Shown: in pieces, positions 14,501-28,473 of the stretch | Layout of the letters: each line of letters opens with the position of its first letter | Position numbering within the stretch: position 1 is the stretch's first letter | Source: Laetmonice hystrix | Taxonomy: Eukaryota | DNA length: 64,000 nt | Direction of reading: 5' to 3' | Assembly (NCBI GenBank): GCA_965235115.1 | Contig: OZ249438.1 | Coordinates: 20,088,001 to 20,152,000 of the forward strand | Program-made: the position numbers and the translations under genes | The notes under the pieces: model-generated | What the model was told of the DNA's origin: nothing | The model's input: only the letters and a program-made list of their open reading frames with translations | Databases searched by the model: none

Positions 14501-17500
14501 ATGACCCTTTCTTGACACACCGACTATACGCCCTGGCAAGTCTGCCAACCCTGCCAAATACTCGACTACCTCTATAGAATACATTCCTCATAAGTACAAT
14601 TTACTATGATACCGTATATATGCGACACCCGAATCCTAAATACCCTTCTCCCCCGTTGTCGTATACGAAGCCAGGGGGAACTTTGGTTACAATCTGCGTT
14701 TATGACTTCGTGGAGACACAGACTGAGGGGAGTCCAAAATTTATGACACAACGTATGTGTATATAGGTGCAGGCTGTACGCAATGTTTTACATGGCAACC
14801 AAGCTTGCCAGATCGTTAAGTCAAGTTCCCGTGGTATATCAGTTTGAGATAGTGCAGTCAGAACATGTTGAGAAGTTTGGAGGGCGCAGGGGCCACGTAT
14901 GCATTCTGTCAACGACCCAAACGAGTGACAACTCCTATAACCTTCCAATCTATATCTGTCGCATCTACATGGAGTTTCCTATGAAGTACATGATATCATA
15001 CAACAATCACGTCAGTTTTTGCCGTTTTATACCCGAAACCCGTCCCTAACCCTTTACAAACAGACTCTCGTATATCCACCGGAGGGGGTTACATCAACCT
15101 CGGTCTATGGCCTTGGATGAACATACAAAAACCCCACCAGGGTATTTTTATACATTATGCTGAGCTATATGATTTAAGTGTAGACATCACAACGGGAACC
15201 ACATTCCATATTATCTTCTATCTCACAGAAAATGTTTGAGATCTACAACGCAATAATCCTGAGGTTGGAAAGATTGACCCCACCTGGGAGGGGCTAGTCT
15301 ATAAAATATTAACCTCTACTCGGTGTCTGGTCTGTTGTCGCTGTCTCGGTATACGGATTGATATATACAAGCCGGTGCTGGGAGTGACTCGGTACACAGT
15401 ACTATCTCTGTACGGTTTCTCTAGCTCAATTATAACGAACCCACTCCGGGTGACAGGGCCCGATTCCAGGCAACACCCCGGCTGGCTTGCTATGTCAACA
15501 GCACGGACGGCGGCTGTGTTTCATGATGTAGCTGGTAACAGACAGCAAGAGGCCGACATTAAGGTAACCAGCCAGATAGACAGACAGAGGACCCGACACC
15601 CTGGCCTAGATATACTCGGTCCCTCTGATGGGGGGGATCCGTGCGGTGCTGCGACCTGGGGGCGCCCGGCCTAACGGAATCTCACGGTCCGTGTGGAGAT
15701 GCCCGGGTTTCTCAATATGAGACGTGTGGAGGAGCCCGCTCAGTTCTCCACATGGGGGTAGATCTATACATGTGTGTGTATGGCTGTTGAGTCGTGAAGT
15801 CGAGTTGGTGGGAAGGACAATCGTCCAGCTTCCAGTCAGCCTATAGCGGTCGGCTGCCCGGCCCGATCAGTCGGTCGGTCGGTCGGCGGGCCTGCATTCA
15901 CACCACCCCCGGCACCACCAGATCCAGCCGTGTTCACCGCGGTGGTGGTCGACACAAACCAGCTGCCCTCCTCCAAACCGCCGAGCACCTCACAACTTCA
16001 CACCGCGCCTGCTTAAAGTCAGCACACGGTGGGCACCCCAAACACGGGCGGCAGGCGGCGGCCGACGGACGAAAGCCAGTGCCCGGCCCGCAGGCCCGAG
16101 TACCGGGAGGCCGGCTGACTCGGCACTCCCAACATACAACCGCTGCGAACTCCATAATTCTTACTCTTCATTTGGTGGTTGTTAAGGGGCTGGTACGGGT
16201 AAAAGGCGAAGTAAGCGCGAACCTTACACTTCGTATACAACCAGTTGCTTAGATCCACACAGCATCTCAGTATGTACCGTCACAGTTCATGTAGATTGAT
16301 GTGTTTATTATAATAAATATATTAGACACACTTATTGTGTCCCGTAATTAACATCACCTAAAGATAATAATTAACCTTAACAGTTCCAGAACAGTTATGT
16401 TGACATTGTGTCTTGGCTGTCGTTCAACTCAAACTATATTTATCCACGCTGACATGTCTCCTTGAGAGGGTAAAAATCGACGAAAACCCAACCTTGAAAA
16501 GCTGTCCCTCACCGCATGCCCTGCTCGCACTAACCGAAGGCAGCCTTGTGGATCCTCAATCATCCCGGTTATAATCCAATCATTCAGTCAGGGACGTCAC
16601 CCAAAAGTTCACTTTATATACACACTGAGATTTTCGATCAAGTACATGAATGAAACGCCAGTGAAAAGTTCTCTATGCACGTAGGACGCAGGCGGCGGCC
16701 GACGCGAACGAGACGTGAGTAGTATATACAACTGTCCGTTTGTGTCTGGTCAAACTACCAGGTCAAGCTGCTGACCCTGGGGCCCAGATACAGACCAGTC
16801 ACCATATACCTCTCCAGGGTGGGAAATAAAAACATATGCTCGTTTTGATAGGGTCATATACACGAGTAAGAGAATGTCTCTGCACTCTAACCGGGAGGGT
16901 CTTCAATTAGTCACCGGGCAAACACAGTGACCCTTGCCCTGGGAAACTTTCAAAGGTTACTACAGTCGGGCCGTCTTTACTCTATCTTTAGTCATTACAT
17001 GCCTCACTAGATGTTGATGTATTCAAGTGAAAGGCAACGTTTTATTTAGGCTCAGTGGCCATCTCCGAACAGTATAATGGTTCATGGGGTTAAATTCAAC
17101 GCATCAAGTAATAGCGTGGTTGAGTTTCAGATCTGCTATGTCCCATGTGGAATATGAAATAGCCGACATATGAATAAATATCATCCCAAAATTAAATTGA
17201 TTTTACAGATATCACTGAAAAGACTCAAACTGCCATATGATAATAGTGAACTAATGGCATTGGGGATTGATATTGAAATCCGCTGTCGGCGAGAGCTGTG
17301 AATGTTTATATGCGATAGTTCTGTAGGCCTCGCCCCAACTCCCGACTCAGCATCGTTAATTTCTACCAATAAAATGTGACGGTAGTAAACAGGGCTGATT
17401 CTCCTAAAGACGTACATCAGGTAACCTCCACAGATTATGATTCTCAGTCATTCTCAGTGTACCAGACTGGGTGAGTGATCTCACCTTCAAGACCACACGG

Positions 17501-20500
17501 AATCTGTGTAGGTTGTGTATGGTCTCGTGAGTTTACCATATTCTTTCAGAGGTCTCCAACTTTGCATTCGGATAAAACAACATGTCCGAGGGTTGGCTGT
17601 GTTGGTAGTACTGGTATCGGTGGTACTGTAGTAATATATCTGTAGTACCTTAGTAATATATCTGTAGTACTGTAGTAATATATCTGTAGTACCTTAGTAA
17701 TATATCTGTAGTACTGTAGTAATATATCTGTAGTACCTTAGTAATATATCTGTAGTACTGTAGTAATATATCTGTAGTACCTTAGTAATATATCTGTAGT
17801 ACTGTAGTAATATATCTGTAGTACCTTAGTAATATATCTGTAGTACTGTAGTAATATATCTGTAGTACCTTAGTAATATATCTGTAGTACTGTAGTAATA
17901 TATCTGTAGCACTGTAGTAATTTATCTGTAGTACTTTAGTAATATATCGGTAGTACCGTAGTAATGTATCGGTAGTACCGTAGTAATTTATCGGTAGTAC
18001 CGTAGTAATGTATCGGTAGTAGGCCTACTGTAGTAATGTATCGGTAGTACTGTAGTAATGTATCGATAGTACCGTAGTAATGTATCGGTAGTACCGTAGT
18101 AATGTATCGGTAGTACCGTAGTAATGTATCGGTAGTACCGTAGTAATGTATCGGTAGTACCGTAGTAATGTATCGGTAGTACCGTAGTAATGTATCGGTA
18201 GTACCGTAGTAATGTATCGGTAGTACCGTAGTAATGTATCGGTAGTACCGTAGTAATGTATCGGTAGTACCGTAGTAATGTATCGGTAGTACCGTAGTAA
18301 TGTATCGGTAGTACCGTAGTAATGTATCGGTAGTACCGTAGTAATGTATCGGTAGTACCGTAGTAATGTACCGGTAGTACCGTAGTAATGTATCGGTAGT
18401 ACCGTAGTAATGTATCGGTAGTACCGTAGTAATGTATCGGTATTACCGTAGTAATGTATCGGTAGTACCGTAGTAATGTATCGGTAGTACCGTAGTAATG
18501 TATCGGTAGTACCGTAGTAATGTATCGGTAGTACCGTAGTAATGTATCGGTAGTACCGTAGTAATGTATCGGTAGTACCGTAGTAATGTATCGGTAGTAC
18601 TGTAGTATTGTATGAGTAGTATTGTAGTAATGTATCGGTAGTACCTTAGTAATGTATCGGTAGTACTGTAGTAATGTACCGGTAGTACCGTAGTATTGTA
18701 TGAGTAGTATTGTAGTAATGTATCAGTAATGGTAATGATGGTAGTAGTGGCAGAATTAATTAGTTGAGAGTATAATACACTCTAACCGTTTTCGCTTGAG
18801 TTAGTATCTATAGGGCCAGTGACGACGGTAGTCGTAGACGTATCGTACTAGCAGAGTGAAGTAGTAGTAAGTGATAGTGGTGGTAGTACTTGTGGTAGTA
18901 CTTGGTGGTAGAATAACAATAGATATACGGTAGTAGTACTACAACAAGCAACAACCGAATCTCTGTCAAGACTAAAGTGAATCTCTGACGAGATAGAGCC
19001 AAGCTCAGTCGCCCAACTTTTACATCTATTTTAACGAGGCAAGTCTTTTTCTGGGTAAACTAGAACGGTTGGCTGAAGTCCGGAACTTTTAAATAATAGC
19101 AATATTCTTAAAACGGTTGATTGATTAAGGTATGTACAGGATTACTATAGATCTAACATCAATCCATTAATATGCTCAATATAGATTATGTGAAACACAT
19201 GCGGAAGTAGACGAAAGTGAAAACAATGTGACAACATGGTGAATGTCTTGTGAACGCCTTGTGAACGTTCACGTCCCCTTACGCCGAGCCACAAGTGTTC
19301 AGCCATGAGGTTTAAGAACAAAGGAACAAACAGGCATGCGTTTGTATCGCTCGCAATTTGGTTTCGCAGCCCCTAACGAACAGGCTTCCTTTGATCAGGC
19401 ATCCATGTGAAAGTGAGGAATTCGCGAACACGTGTCAAACTGCAAACTTCACGGCGTGGTTCTAACCTATAACAGGCTCGGCATTCCTATACGTATATAC
19501 AGGCGTAGCCATATCGGTGGCCTATATGGGTTCAGCGATCGTTTTGCTGGCTCACTGGCTGGTTGGTTGGCTGGCCGTCCGGCTGGTTGGCTGGCTGAAC
19601 TGGGTCACCAACGTCGGCTGGCCGACCAACGTTAACCTCATGTCGGCCTACGGGGCGTCAGGTTCCACAACGGTGCCATGCATTTACTGGCGTTTTCACA
19701 GCCGATATCGCCTTGATTTCCGGGTAACATAACCCTCGTTCGTGGTTATCTTGTATATATGCGTCTCAGCCGCTGTGCCTGACACTGCCGAGAAATCACA
19801 TCGGCGAATGGAATCGGTTTTGCGTCAGGCCGAGTTATTTGTCGAAAAAACTCCTACTACCAAGAGCTAACACAGCCCTGTGTCCTTAGGCCATCATTAT
19901 TATAGCATGCCTTCTTAAATACAAGCTAAAACTCTTAATGACAAAGCCACAGAAAAGTCAAATTGGGACGGACCTTCAGAAGCTTGTAACTTTGATGTTC
20001 AACCTATGTTCAACCTACATCTGGTAGCAGGACCCCTGTCACACTCACATAAAACTGCCATCAGTTATCCTTGTATCTCAGAATTAAAACTAACTTTGGC
20101 TACAGGTTGTGCCAACAAAGGTAACTGTCACTATGCATGGCGTGTTTCATGGTCAATGATAATGACACGCTTGACGGCACCTGACAGAGAAGATCAAACA
20201 GATCGTCTTTCTCACATCGACCTGTTGTCAAAGGTTATTTAATCACTTCCTATAATACAACAGCCCTACTTCCGTAACGAGAGGAGTCTACCTGTGAATA
20301 CGACTGACTTCCTCGTTCGCCTCAGTTTGGTGGTTCACCGGGTCACGACGTGACGTCCCGGAAATCGACGTCCCGAGACACTGTGACGTGCCGATCTGCT
20401 TGCAATTGTCACCAATAGGAACGACCGAGCCATTTCCGGTTTACTTTGCTTTTGGGAAATAGACTCGGATAGTAAAAGTGTAGAAATTCTACGGACATGT

Positions 20501-22414
20501 AACGGGTCTCTGATTCGGCCGATTGAAAATTTAGTGCAGTCGATTCCTTCAATGAAATTCAACATCTTAAGATGTTGAATTTCTAAGTGTGGTACAATAT
20601 GCGAGCGACGGCCTTCGTTTGCCCTTCAGCCTTTGAGAGAGGAAAGTAGAGACACTCCGGGCCTTATACTCTCGCAGGTGCACTGTGTTGCCATCGTGTG
20701 GGCGCCGCCATTATGGTAAATTTCTACACTTTTACTATCCGAGTCTATTTCCCGAAAGCAAAGTATACCGGAAATGGCTCGGTCGTTCTGATTGCATTGT
20801 CACATGACCTAATAGGTCGGTTTCAGATGGGCACGTCACAGCGTCTGGAAACGTTACGGCGAGTCTATTCCTTACCAGCTTATATAACAATTAGCCTACA
20901 GAGCCGCTCTCTACGCAACGTTTTAATTAGATACAAGACCCCCCCCCCCCCATCACTGACAGTATAGGCCTACCCATAACTAATGCACTTCCGAACTTTT
21001 AGGGGTCTCCTTTTGTCTCAGCCAAATTATACGTAGTGTCTCATTAATCTTGTGATAGGATGCTTGATTCTACAGGAGACTTTCCCTGGTTCCTAGTTTC
21101 AGGTACCCGACCGTACAAGGGTTTTACCCCTCAACTGCTGTGTCAATACATGTAGTATTTCATATTTTGGGACAGATTCCACTTGCCACCCCCAGTTCGA
21201 GACACAGGGACGAGTGTTCCAATGCTCACATTATCAGCACGCAAATAAAGCAAGCAGAGAATATGCCAATATGACAGTTGAACACGCTGAGCTAATCGAA
21301 CGTTGGCATTGTGAGGTCGCGTGTAACAAACTCAGTGCCACAGGTGGGCCAGTTTTCTTGCTCACCCCACCCCTACATACACCCCACCCCCACATACGGT
21401 ACACCCCCACCCCCACATACAATCCCACCCCACATTGTTCACTCTGTTTGATGCATGCTTGTGTTGTGACACCGAACGAGTCAGTAAATCGAACATGTCC
21501 AGCCGTTTGAACCGTCTCTTATACTCTAGCACAGCGATGCGTGCATGCGAAGCCTTTTCAGTGCTTGATAGATTTCGCATAATGAACTATAATTTGATTT
21601 ATTTTGTTTATGACATTATCACTATACCGTGAGCCTACATGTTTTGGAGACCATCATCTGAAAAAGTAGTTAAAGATATTTTTCTTCGGCACTGGTCATA
21701 TTTGATACCTCTGACTTAATTTTCTTCAAGAGGTGCAAGATCGTTTTGCATGAGGGCAAACACCTTCAATATTATTGTTTGTAATGGTGCAACTATGAGG
21801 ACTAATACCTAATCCTGCTTACTCAAACATTATCTACTTTAGTTGACGGTTTGCTGTTGAGCCCAGCCGAGCTTAGAATGATGTTAAATTACGTATACAA
21901 GTGGTACAGGGTCAGTAATAAATGAAATGAAAAAACTCTGCTACTCACCTTCTATGTGGAAGAAACTGCGGACGGTGTTCGCCGAGAACGTATTTGTTCC
22001 ATGCACATTAAAATTATCACTGATATCTTCGCCATTGTTTATATGATTGTGGTATAAATCCAACATATACTGTGGTATGTGAACTTTCCTACTCGGCCTT
22101 GGCCGTGACGTTAGGCCAAACATTTTCAACAAACTTGACTCAAAGGCACGAATGACGTCACTCGACGGTTTCGTATCTGTCCCCCTGGCACTTCCAGAGT
22201 TGATGTCGTTGCTGCTAGTGGTGACTTTAATATTAGCGCTGGTTCTGTGAGTATTTTTCGATCTGTTCGCACGTAGTTTGGCGGAGGTGGAATGGTCGGC
22301 CGCCCAGATGCGGCTCTCCTGGTCGGTGGCGGGCTGAGGAAGCGAATCCACGATTTGACCGAGCACAACAAGAAGTAGGGCTAGCACCAATAGCGTCTGT
22401 CCGCCGCAGGTCAT
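11543..22414 (-). CDS. BMP2/4: BMP2/4 (decapentaplegic-class) TGF-beta ligand precursor, 480 aa, two coding exons: 22414-21949 and 12519-11543
   Basis: Exon A encodes signal peptide [19 protein letters not shown], then [27 protein letters not shown] and [11 protein letters not shown], ending at a phase-1 GTGAGT donor. Exon B follows a TTCTTCTCTACCCGTTACAG acceptor and encodes the prodomain (RFYFN, AELRLY, LLDTR, WESFDV, HVRLRRS, QPLLVTY), basic furin sites and a seven-cysteine mature domain [25 protein letters not shown]...NHAIVQTLV...[37 protein letters not shown]. Spliced length 1443 nt is in frame. An acceptor at 22431-22433 implies a further upstream non-coding exon. Confidence 0.96.
17620..18727. 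repeat. 22-bp minisatellite (about 50 units) in the BMP2/4 intron
   Basis: TGTAGTAC(CT/TG)TAGTAATATATC units switch near 17950 to GGTAGTACCGTAGTAATGTATC units. Confidence 0.97.
20368..20854. mobile_element. Foldback/MITE-like element with about 120-bp inverted arms, in the BMP2/4 intron
   Basis: 20368-20489 (ACGTCCCGAGACACTGTGACGTGCCGATCTG...CATTTCCGGTTTACTTTGCTTTTGGGAAATAGACTCGGATAGTAAAAGTGTAGAAATT) is the near reverse complement of 20719-20854, apart from a short insertion in the right arm. No TSD identified. Confidence 0.7.
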
Positions 22415-25400
22415 CGTGTGTCCGCCGCGCCTGCAACATACCAACAACAACAATACAACAACAGTACAACAACAACAACAATAGCCGACAGATATGGGCC
22501 TACTGTAACGCTGGCTGATTTTACAAGTCCGGGTTACATGTAATGTTGGAAGAGTGACACAGAGATGATAGTTATGATCATGACAGACGTCCATGTATTA
22601 TAACATCCGTCCTAATGAGTTTAAACGTCAGTTTCATACCTATAGTAAAACTATCTAACGTATAGCTGGTATGCCATGTGATCAGACAATGGTGAGTCTA
22701 CTCAGAAAACTACGAAAGTAGAAATATATTTTATGACTGGTAACTAATGTGTACGCTGGTAGAACCATCTTTATGCATAATCACGACAAACAGCGATAAT
22801 AATACTGCAGGCACAATACAAAAGTTTGTCAATAACGTTATATGAACTTTCCAAAACTTTCTTCTATCAGCTAACTGATGTACTTTTAAGTGTCACCAAA
22901 ATACTACTCATGTAGTACATGCCTGCATGCGATATGATGAAACGACAAGATACTTTTAACAATATAGAAAGTAAGGAAAGTTTTTCTTTTCACAAGCGAG
23001 TTTGAGTTTGGCGTGTGTCTCTCTGGTTTAGGGTGAAGCCTCCTGAGGAATCGCATGATCGCTTGTCCTTCTATTACATTTAACATTTTCAGCTCCCTCA
23101 AACCACTTTCAAATGATAACCATCAATCTTTTTCTCTTTGCTTCCCATGTTTTGTGCCGTGTATCTTTCATGCGCAATAGGAGAATATGTCTATGTTTGA
23201 GTGAATCCAGGGCCATCAGACGTCCAAGATCATTGTACCATCCAGACTAGGCGGTTCGTCTATGTGCAATCCAGTTTTCTGGAAATGTTAGCATTATCTT
23301 GAATATATACATTGTATCAGTACTGTATATCTTAGGTCCTGATACGTAACAATAGAGGACCAAACCGTTGTGCCCCATGGCGTGCGCGCATGCATGTCAC
23401 ACAATCTCCTTCACAGTCATTTACGTTTTTCTTCATGTGAAATGATAATTCATACAATAAGAGTTCAGCCAGCAGCAGGCCATTGACGGGTTACACAACT
23501 ATATATAGACCTTTCATGTATGTACTTCTCTCATTATTCATGAGGCTTGCTAAGTAATTAATAGGTCCTGTACAATACTTTGCCTCATACTATACAAATC
23601 CAATAAAATGCTATCTGAAATGATCTCTGTGTTTTGGCTGTGCCGGTCACGGTTAAGCACAGAGGAACCCCTCTATAATCCTGTGGTGAGGAAAGTCGTG
23701 ACCAGTGTCAAGCTAACCGGAACCAACTTGATCACTCTTTAAGCGCTGGATATTCATTGTCAGTAATGGTTCTTTTTTCGAATGCAGATCAGGTAATCTA
23801 GGCCATGCCTGTTGATGCGTGTGACATATATTCATTATTATATTGTAGCTCTTACATTTATCGGTCAGTGTTGATGGGCTGACGCTTCCTTGCCGGTGCT
23901 TAGGATGCCATTAATGGAAAGAAATAGGCGATGAAGTGATATTTGTAACTGGTTGTTAATTGTGCTGACCCGGTTCGCAGTGATTGTCTGGTTGAGGAGG
24001 TGTATAGTGAACATTGCGAGGGGGAAGTATGTAAGGGCAGGTACTCAGTGTTATATTCGTTATCAGCGGCACGAATATATCACATGTCATCGCCTGTAGA
24101 TAAGCTAACTTGCTGTGTTTCCACGTTGTTCAATTCTGAAGCGTCAGTTGTATACGATGTAGCCGTCCCTCGCCCACGATATAAATAAACGTTTAGATTC
24201 TTTCAAACGTGCAGCGTGCCGACGGCTCGGGCCGGCTGGGGCGGATGGTGGAGCAGATAACCTGAATTTTGTGGTCCCTACCTTCGTCTTGATAGTGCTC
24301 AGATCGTCCTGCCTCTATCATATCGAACCGCGCCACTCTGGCTCTCTGTAATGTCCTGAATCCTTATTGCTGGTACAGTACTCCGATTAGAGGGTGAGGC
24401 TGTTGGGCCGGTGTAATCATAAACTCTATACGGGGTTGTGTGTTCGTCTCTGGTTCCGTATGGGAGTGGAGAGAGAGCGGTTTGAGATGAAGTTAACCCA
24501 GGGTTGTAATTCCCGCCACCACTGAGGTGTGATGTTGAGGTGTGTATCACGGGTGACACGTGTCCTCACATAACTGACGTCAATTGTTAACTCATACTGA
24601 CGCGAGTCACTTGTTGTCACAAGTTCCCTTGTTATTAATAACTTGACACCTTCCAGCTTGATAGGGGAAAGGTTTGCGTTCAAAGCAGGTGAGAGAGAGA
24701 GTGAGAGAGAGTGAAGGTAAAAAATCTCACCTTTATTGAGTGTGTATATAATATAGTGCTAAACGTTCGCTGTTACTATGTACAATCACATATACACTTC
24801 TAAATGTCTGAGGATTCAAACTTTTGTATATGCTAAATTGTACGCCTATGTATTGTACATATCACTATAATAAAATAAAAACCTAAAATAACCTTACCAC
24901 ATGTCTATAAACAAATATATAAACATTAAATTTATAGGCCTACATGTATAATACATGTATACAGGCCTATATAAATTCACCCTTCTTGCCCACGTTTCTG
25001 GACAGCATCCGTCCCAGTTCCACCCCACTACAGAATCCTGTTTGTTAAACCGCTTTGTCAAATATACACTTTGAAAGTCACCCTTTTTGCTCCAATCAAT
25101 GGGTAATGAACTATTGGAGCTAGAGGAGCTTAACACCGATATGAGCTCACGTAATCGGTTTAGTCTGCAGGATTTCTCCCCCATAAGCCGAACCTGAGTT
25201 TGTTGATGTGGCCAAATGCTTGCTCAATTACCCCGTGGGAAAACATACCCTTTAAACAGCGCACATACAATTGACGGCGGTGCAGTTGACGGCGCTGTGG
25301 CGACGAGATTTTGTTAAAGCCGCAAGTGTTGTTCAAAATAGTTGTGTCTATAGGTACACCGTAGCCGGCGTGTTTGAAGAGTTTAGCGTATAGCCAGGCA

Positions 25401-25865
25401 CGGACGACGTTAGGGACGCGGCGGGGGGCTCGGGTGGTGGTGACGGTACCCCTCAGGGATCCGTCGTAGGACTCCGAGGAATAAAGCCAGCGACTGTGGT
25501 GGTTTGCTGATCCCACCTGCGCTTGGCCCGCACCTCTGAGATGACATGTCTTGTGCCTGTGTAAACAGTTCCCGGCGAGCGCAGGTGTTCAACCATCGTG
25601 TCAAGGCCCCGTAGTGATTGCCACACAGTGAACACTGTTATCTGCCCCTTCAGGCATACCGACTTCTTTTCTCTTTTTTTGTTAAATCGATTTATTAAAA
25701 TTTTTCATTGAATATGGAAACAGAGAGGAAAAACGAAAAATGTCTTATGTTCGCGTGTTTCAAGATTAGGTTATTTAGATGGGATGTCTGTCTCCAGCAA
25801 TGTCTGCCTAATATATGGAAAATGTCTTGTAAAACCAATGTCTCCCAGGACATGCATGGTGATTT

Positions 25866-26101
25866 NNNNNNNNNNNNNNNNNNNNNNNNNNNNNNNNNNN
25901 NNNNNNNNNNNNNNNNNNNNNNNNNNNNNNNNNNNNNNNNNNNNNNNNNNNNNNNNNNNNNNNNNNNNNNNNNNNNNNNNNNNNNNNNNNNNNNNNNNNN
26001 NNNNNNNNNNNNNNNNNNNNNNNNNNNNNNNNNNNNNNNNNNNNNNNNNNNNNNNNNNNNNNNNNNNNNNNNNNNNNNNNNNNNNNNNNNNNNNNNNNNN
26101 N
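25866..26101. other. Assembly gap (N run)
   Basis: Run of N. Confidence 1.
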
Positions 26102-28473
26102 AGCCAAGATATCGGGCGAGTTCTTGGCGTCATAACACCAAGGAAGCGACCGACTGCAGACATACCGTATCCTATACCGTAAATAAATATCAGTCCCCAA
26201 AGAAGATAGTTTCATCTTGCACGAATACGTTTTATTATTAGTCCAAGGTCCATCTGCTCGAGTCAATAATTCTTTCTTTCCACTTCCTTACAATAACTAA
26301 TGAAGGTGTCTTACGAAACCCAACATGTCCGCCAGTCATTTGTAAATCTTAGCACTGCACACATGGGATCTCCAAGTTTGGCAGGACGGTACAGCCAGTG
26401 GACAATGTAACCGCTGTCTATATGATATATACATATTGCGTCTCGAGCTTTCTGACATTGTTTGTCGATGACATCACCAGGATAGAATACAACCCGCTGA
26501 TGCCGGTGCCAATTGTAAACTCTTTAACCTATGACAAATACTGTAGGAGGGGCGGAGTAGAAGAAGGCATTTTGCGGTTTGCCCAGTCTGTGCTTCTTTT
26601 CGCACCCCGTCGACATGGAGTCAATTAAGGCCTTCTAAAGTAAACACAGTCGTGACATGGTGAGGAAAAAGTGTCTACAGAGTGGCCAGCGGTAGTGGGT
26701 CGGCTCGATGTGTTCATGCTGAGGTCGATTGATGATTAACTGATGGCCTCAAGTCAAGCCGAGCTGGGCCGCGTCAGGCCGCACAGGCCTGGCCAGGCAC
26801 GGTACCTCATGCCATCACCGCGACCGACTCAGCAAACTGCATGCAGACAACCTCTGGCTTGGTCGTCTATCGCAACAGTTCCTAATCAAATTCAATACAA
26901 AACGCACTTTTATTTCTCTCGATAGGCCTATAGCCCAGTGAACGCAAACGGAATGTATATACAATATCCGACGTAAGCAATGGTGATTACTCATCCTTTC
27001 TGTTACCATCATTTGACTACCTGAATGTGCGAGATGAGTAAGCACTCATGTCGCCCGCAGTGTATACACCCGTCCAGGCCTGGGTGATCCCGGCCGGCCT
27101 GCACCCTCCTGCACACCTGGCCACGTTCGAGTCGTCATCACTTGCTGTAACCCACTCTCTTTGTGCTCCTACTCCCTTTAAATCCCAACATTGAAACTTT
27201 CCGTACCTCACGGTGACAACTTAGCCAATCTCACCGATCAACTCACCTTGACTTGAACTCAACTAGGGTCATTTTGTGTCATCATCTCAGACACCACTGA
27301 TGTCAAACTACCTGCTCAGCCGACCTCCGACGTTCCGAACAGAGCCGGTGTCACTCTGCCCTCAGATATGAGCAATTCACGTACTGTGACATGTGTAAAC
27401 GGGGGCCCCGGGGCCGCACGGGTGCGGGGAGGGTGGAGTGGGGGAGGAGGCCGGGGTCTCAGGCGGAGGGCTTGGTGGTGGTTTAGGGGTGTTAAAGGAT
27501 GAGGGCCGGTCGGCCGAGAGTAGCCAGCTGGCCGGCACTGACGTTCTAACCACCTTGAAGGTTATACCCAACGGCTACCACTCCGTAACCTTGACATGAG
27601 ATTATCAAAGTTAGACATGTCTTAGTCTATTATAATCTCATGTTGGGTCGCTCATCAAGATCCTCACATGGGAAACCCCCCAGAGTGACATAAGACCAAG
27701 AGGGATGTGTTTCGTACAACCAGTTGGGACCACTCAAACGTTCCGCTGAAACCAGTAGCAGGATGCAGTGTAACCGTGCACCGTGCGCCCCCTCCCGACC
27801 CTCCTCGGTACTATCCCGGCGGCCGGGTGTCAACGCCTTGCCCGATCGAGTGACACAAGCCAGGGAATCGAGCATATGGGCCACAAGATGGGTTTTCGGG
27901 CCCAGTCAGTGTCATTGAGACTACGTACACATACAATGGAAGCCAGACACTGAAGTATGACTAAGAAGCCATGGAACAATACACCAATAGCCTCCTTCAC
28001 TCTAAGTAATTATCTAGGCGAGTGGCTTCTGTGTCATACTTATAAATGACGTAGTATATATTTTCGTCCATTTTCTCTCAAGCAGACGATTATTGCGTAG
28101 GTACATGGTAGCGGTATCATGGTGGCTTACTGACCAGACAAGCTGGTAGTATTGGCACGTGTTTCTGGTGAGTGTAAATGATGGCAGTAGGTGGTATCTT
28201 GCAGTGGTGGTGTTTTTAAGGAGGTGGAACGCCACTGACCCTGTAACACTATCACCTAATGGACTAACTAGCCATGGCTATGTATACCTACTTGCCGGCG
28301 TCATGGCGTGTCTATTAAACCCGCATTAGCCGTAGTATGCGTTGCAGAGAACTATGTGATTGTTGACACAGTATTTTGCCTACACGTGCCGGGGATGGTC
28401 TTTGCGGCGAGCAGCTGTTTTTTCTGTTGTTTCTTCTGGCTTCTACACCATCGACTTGCAATAAACGTCACTC

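Noticed and set aside
25708-26266. Long ORFs spanning N runs (also 38440-38696 and 47320-47685)
   Set aside because: Open only because N translates to X.
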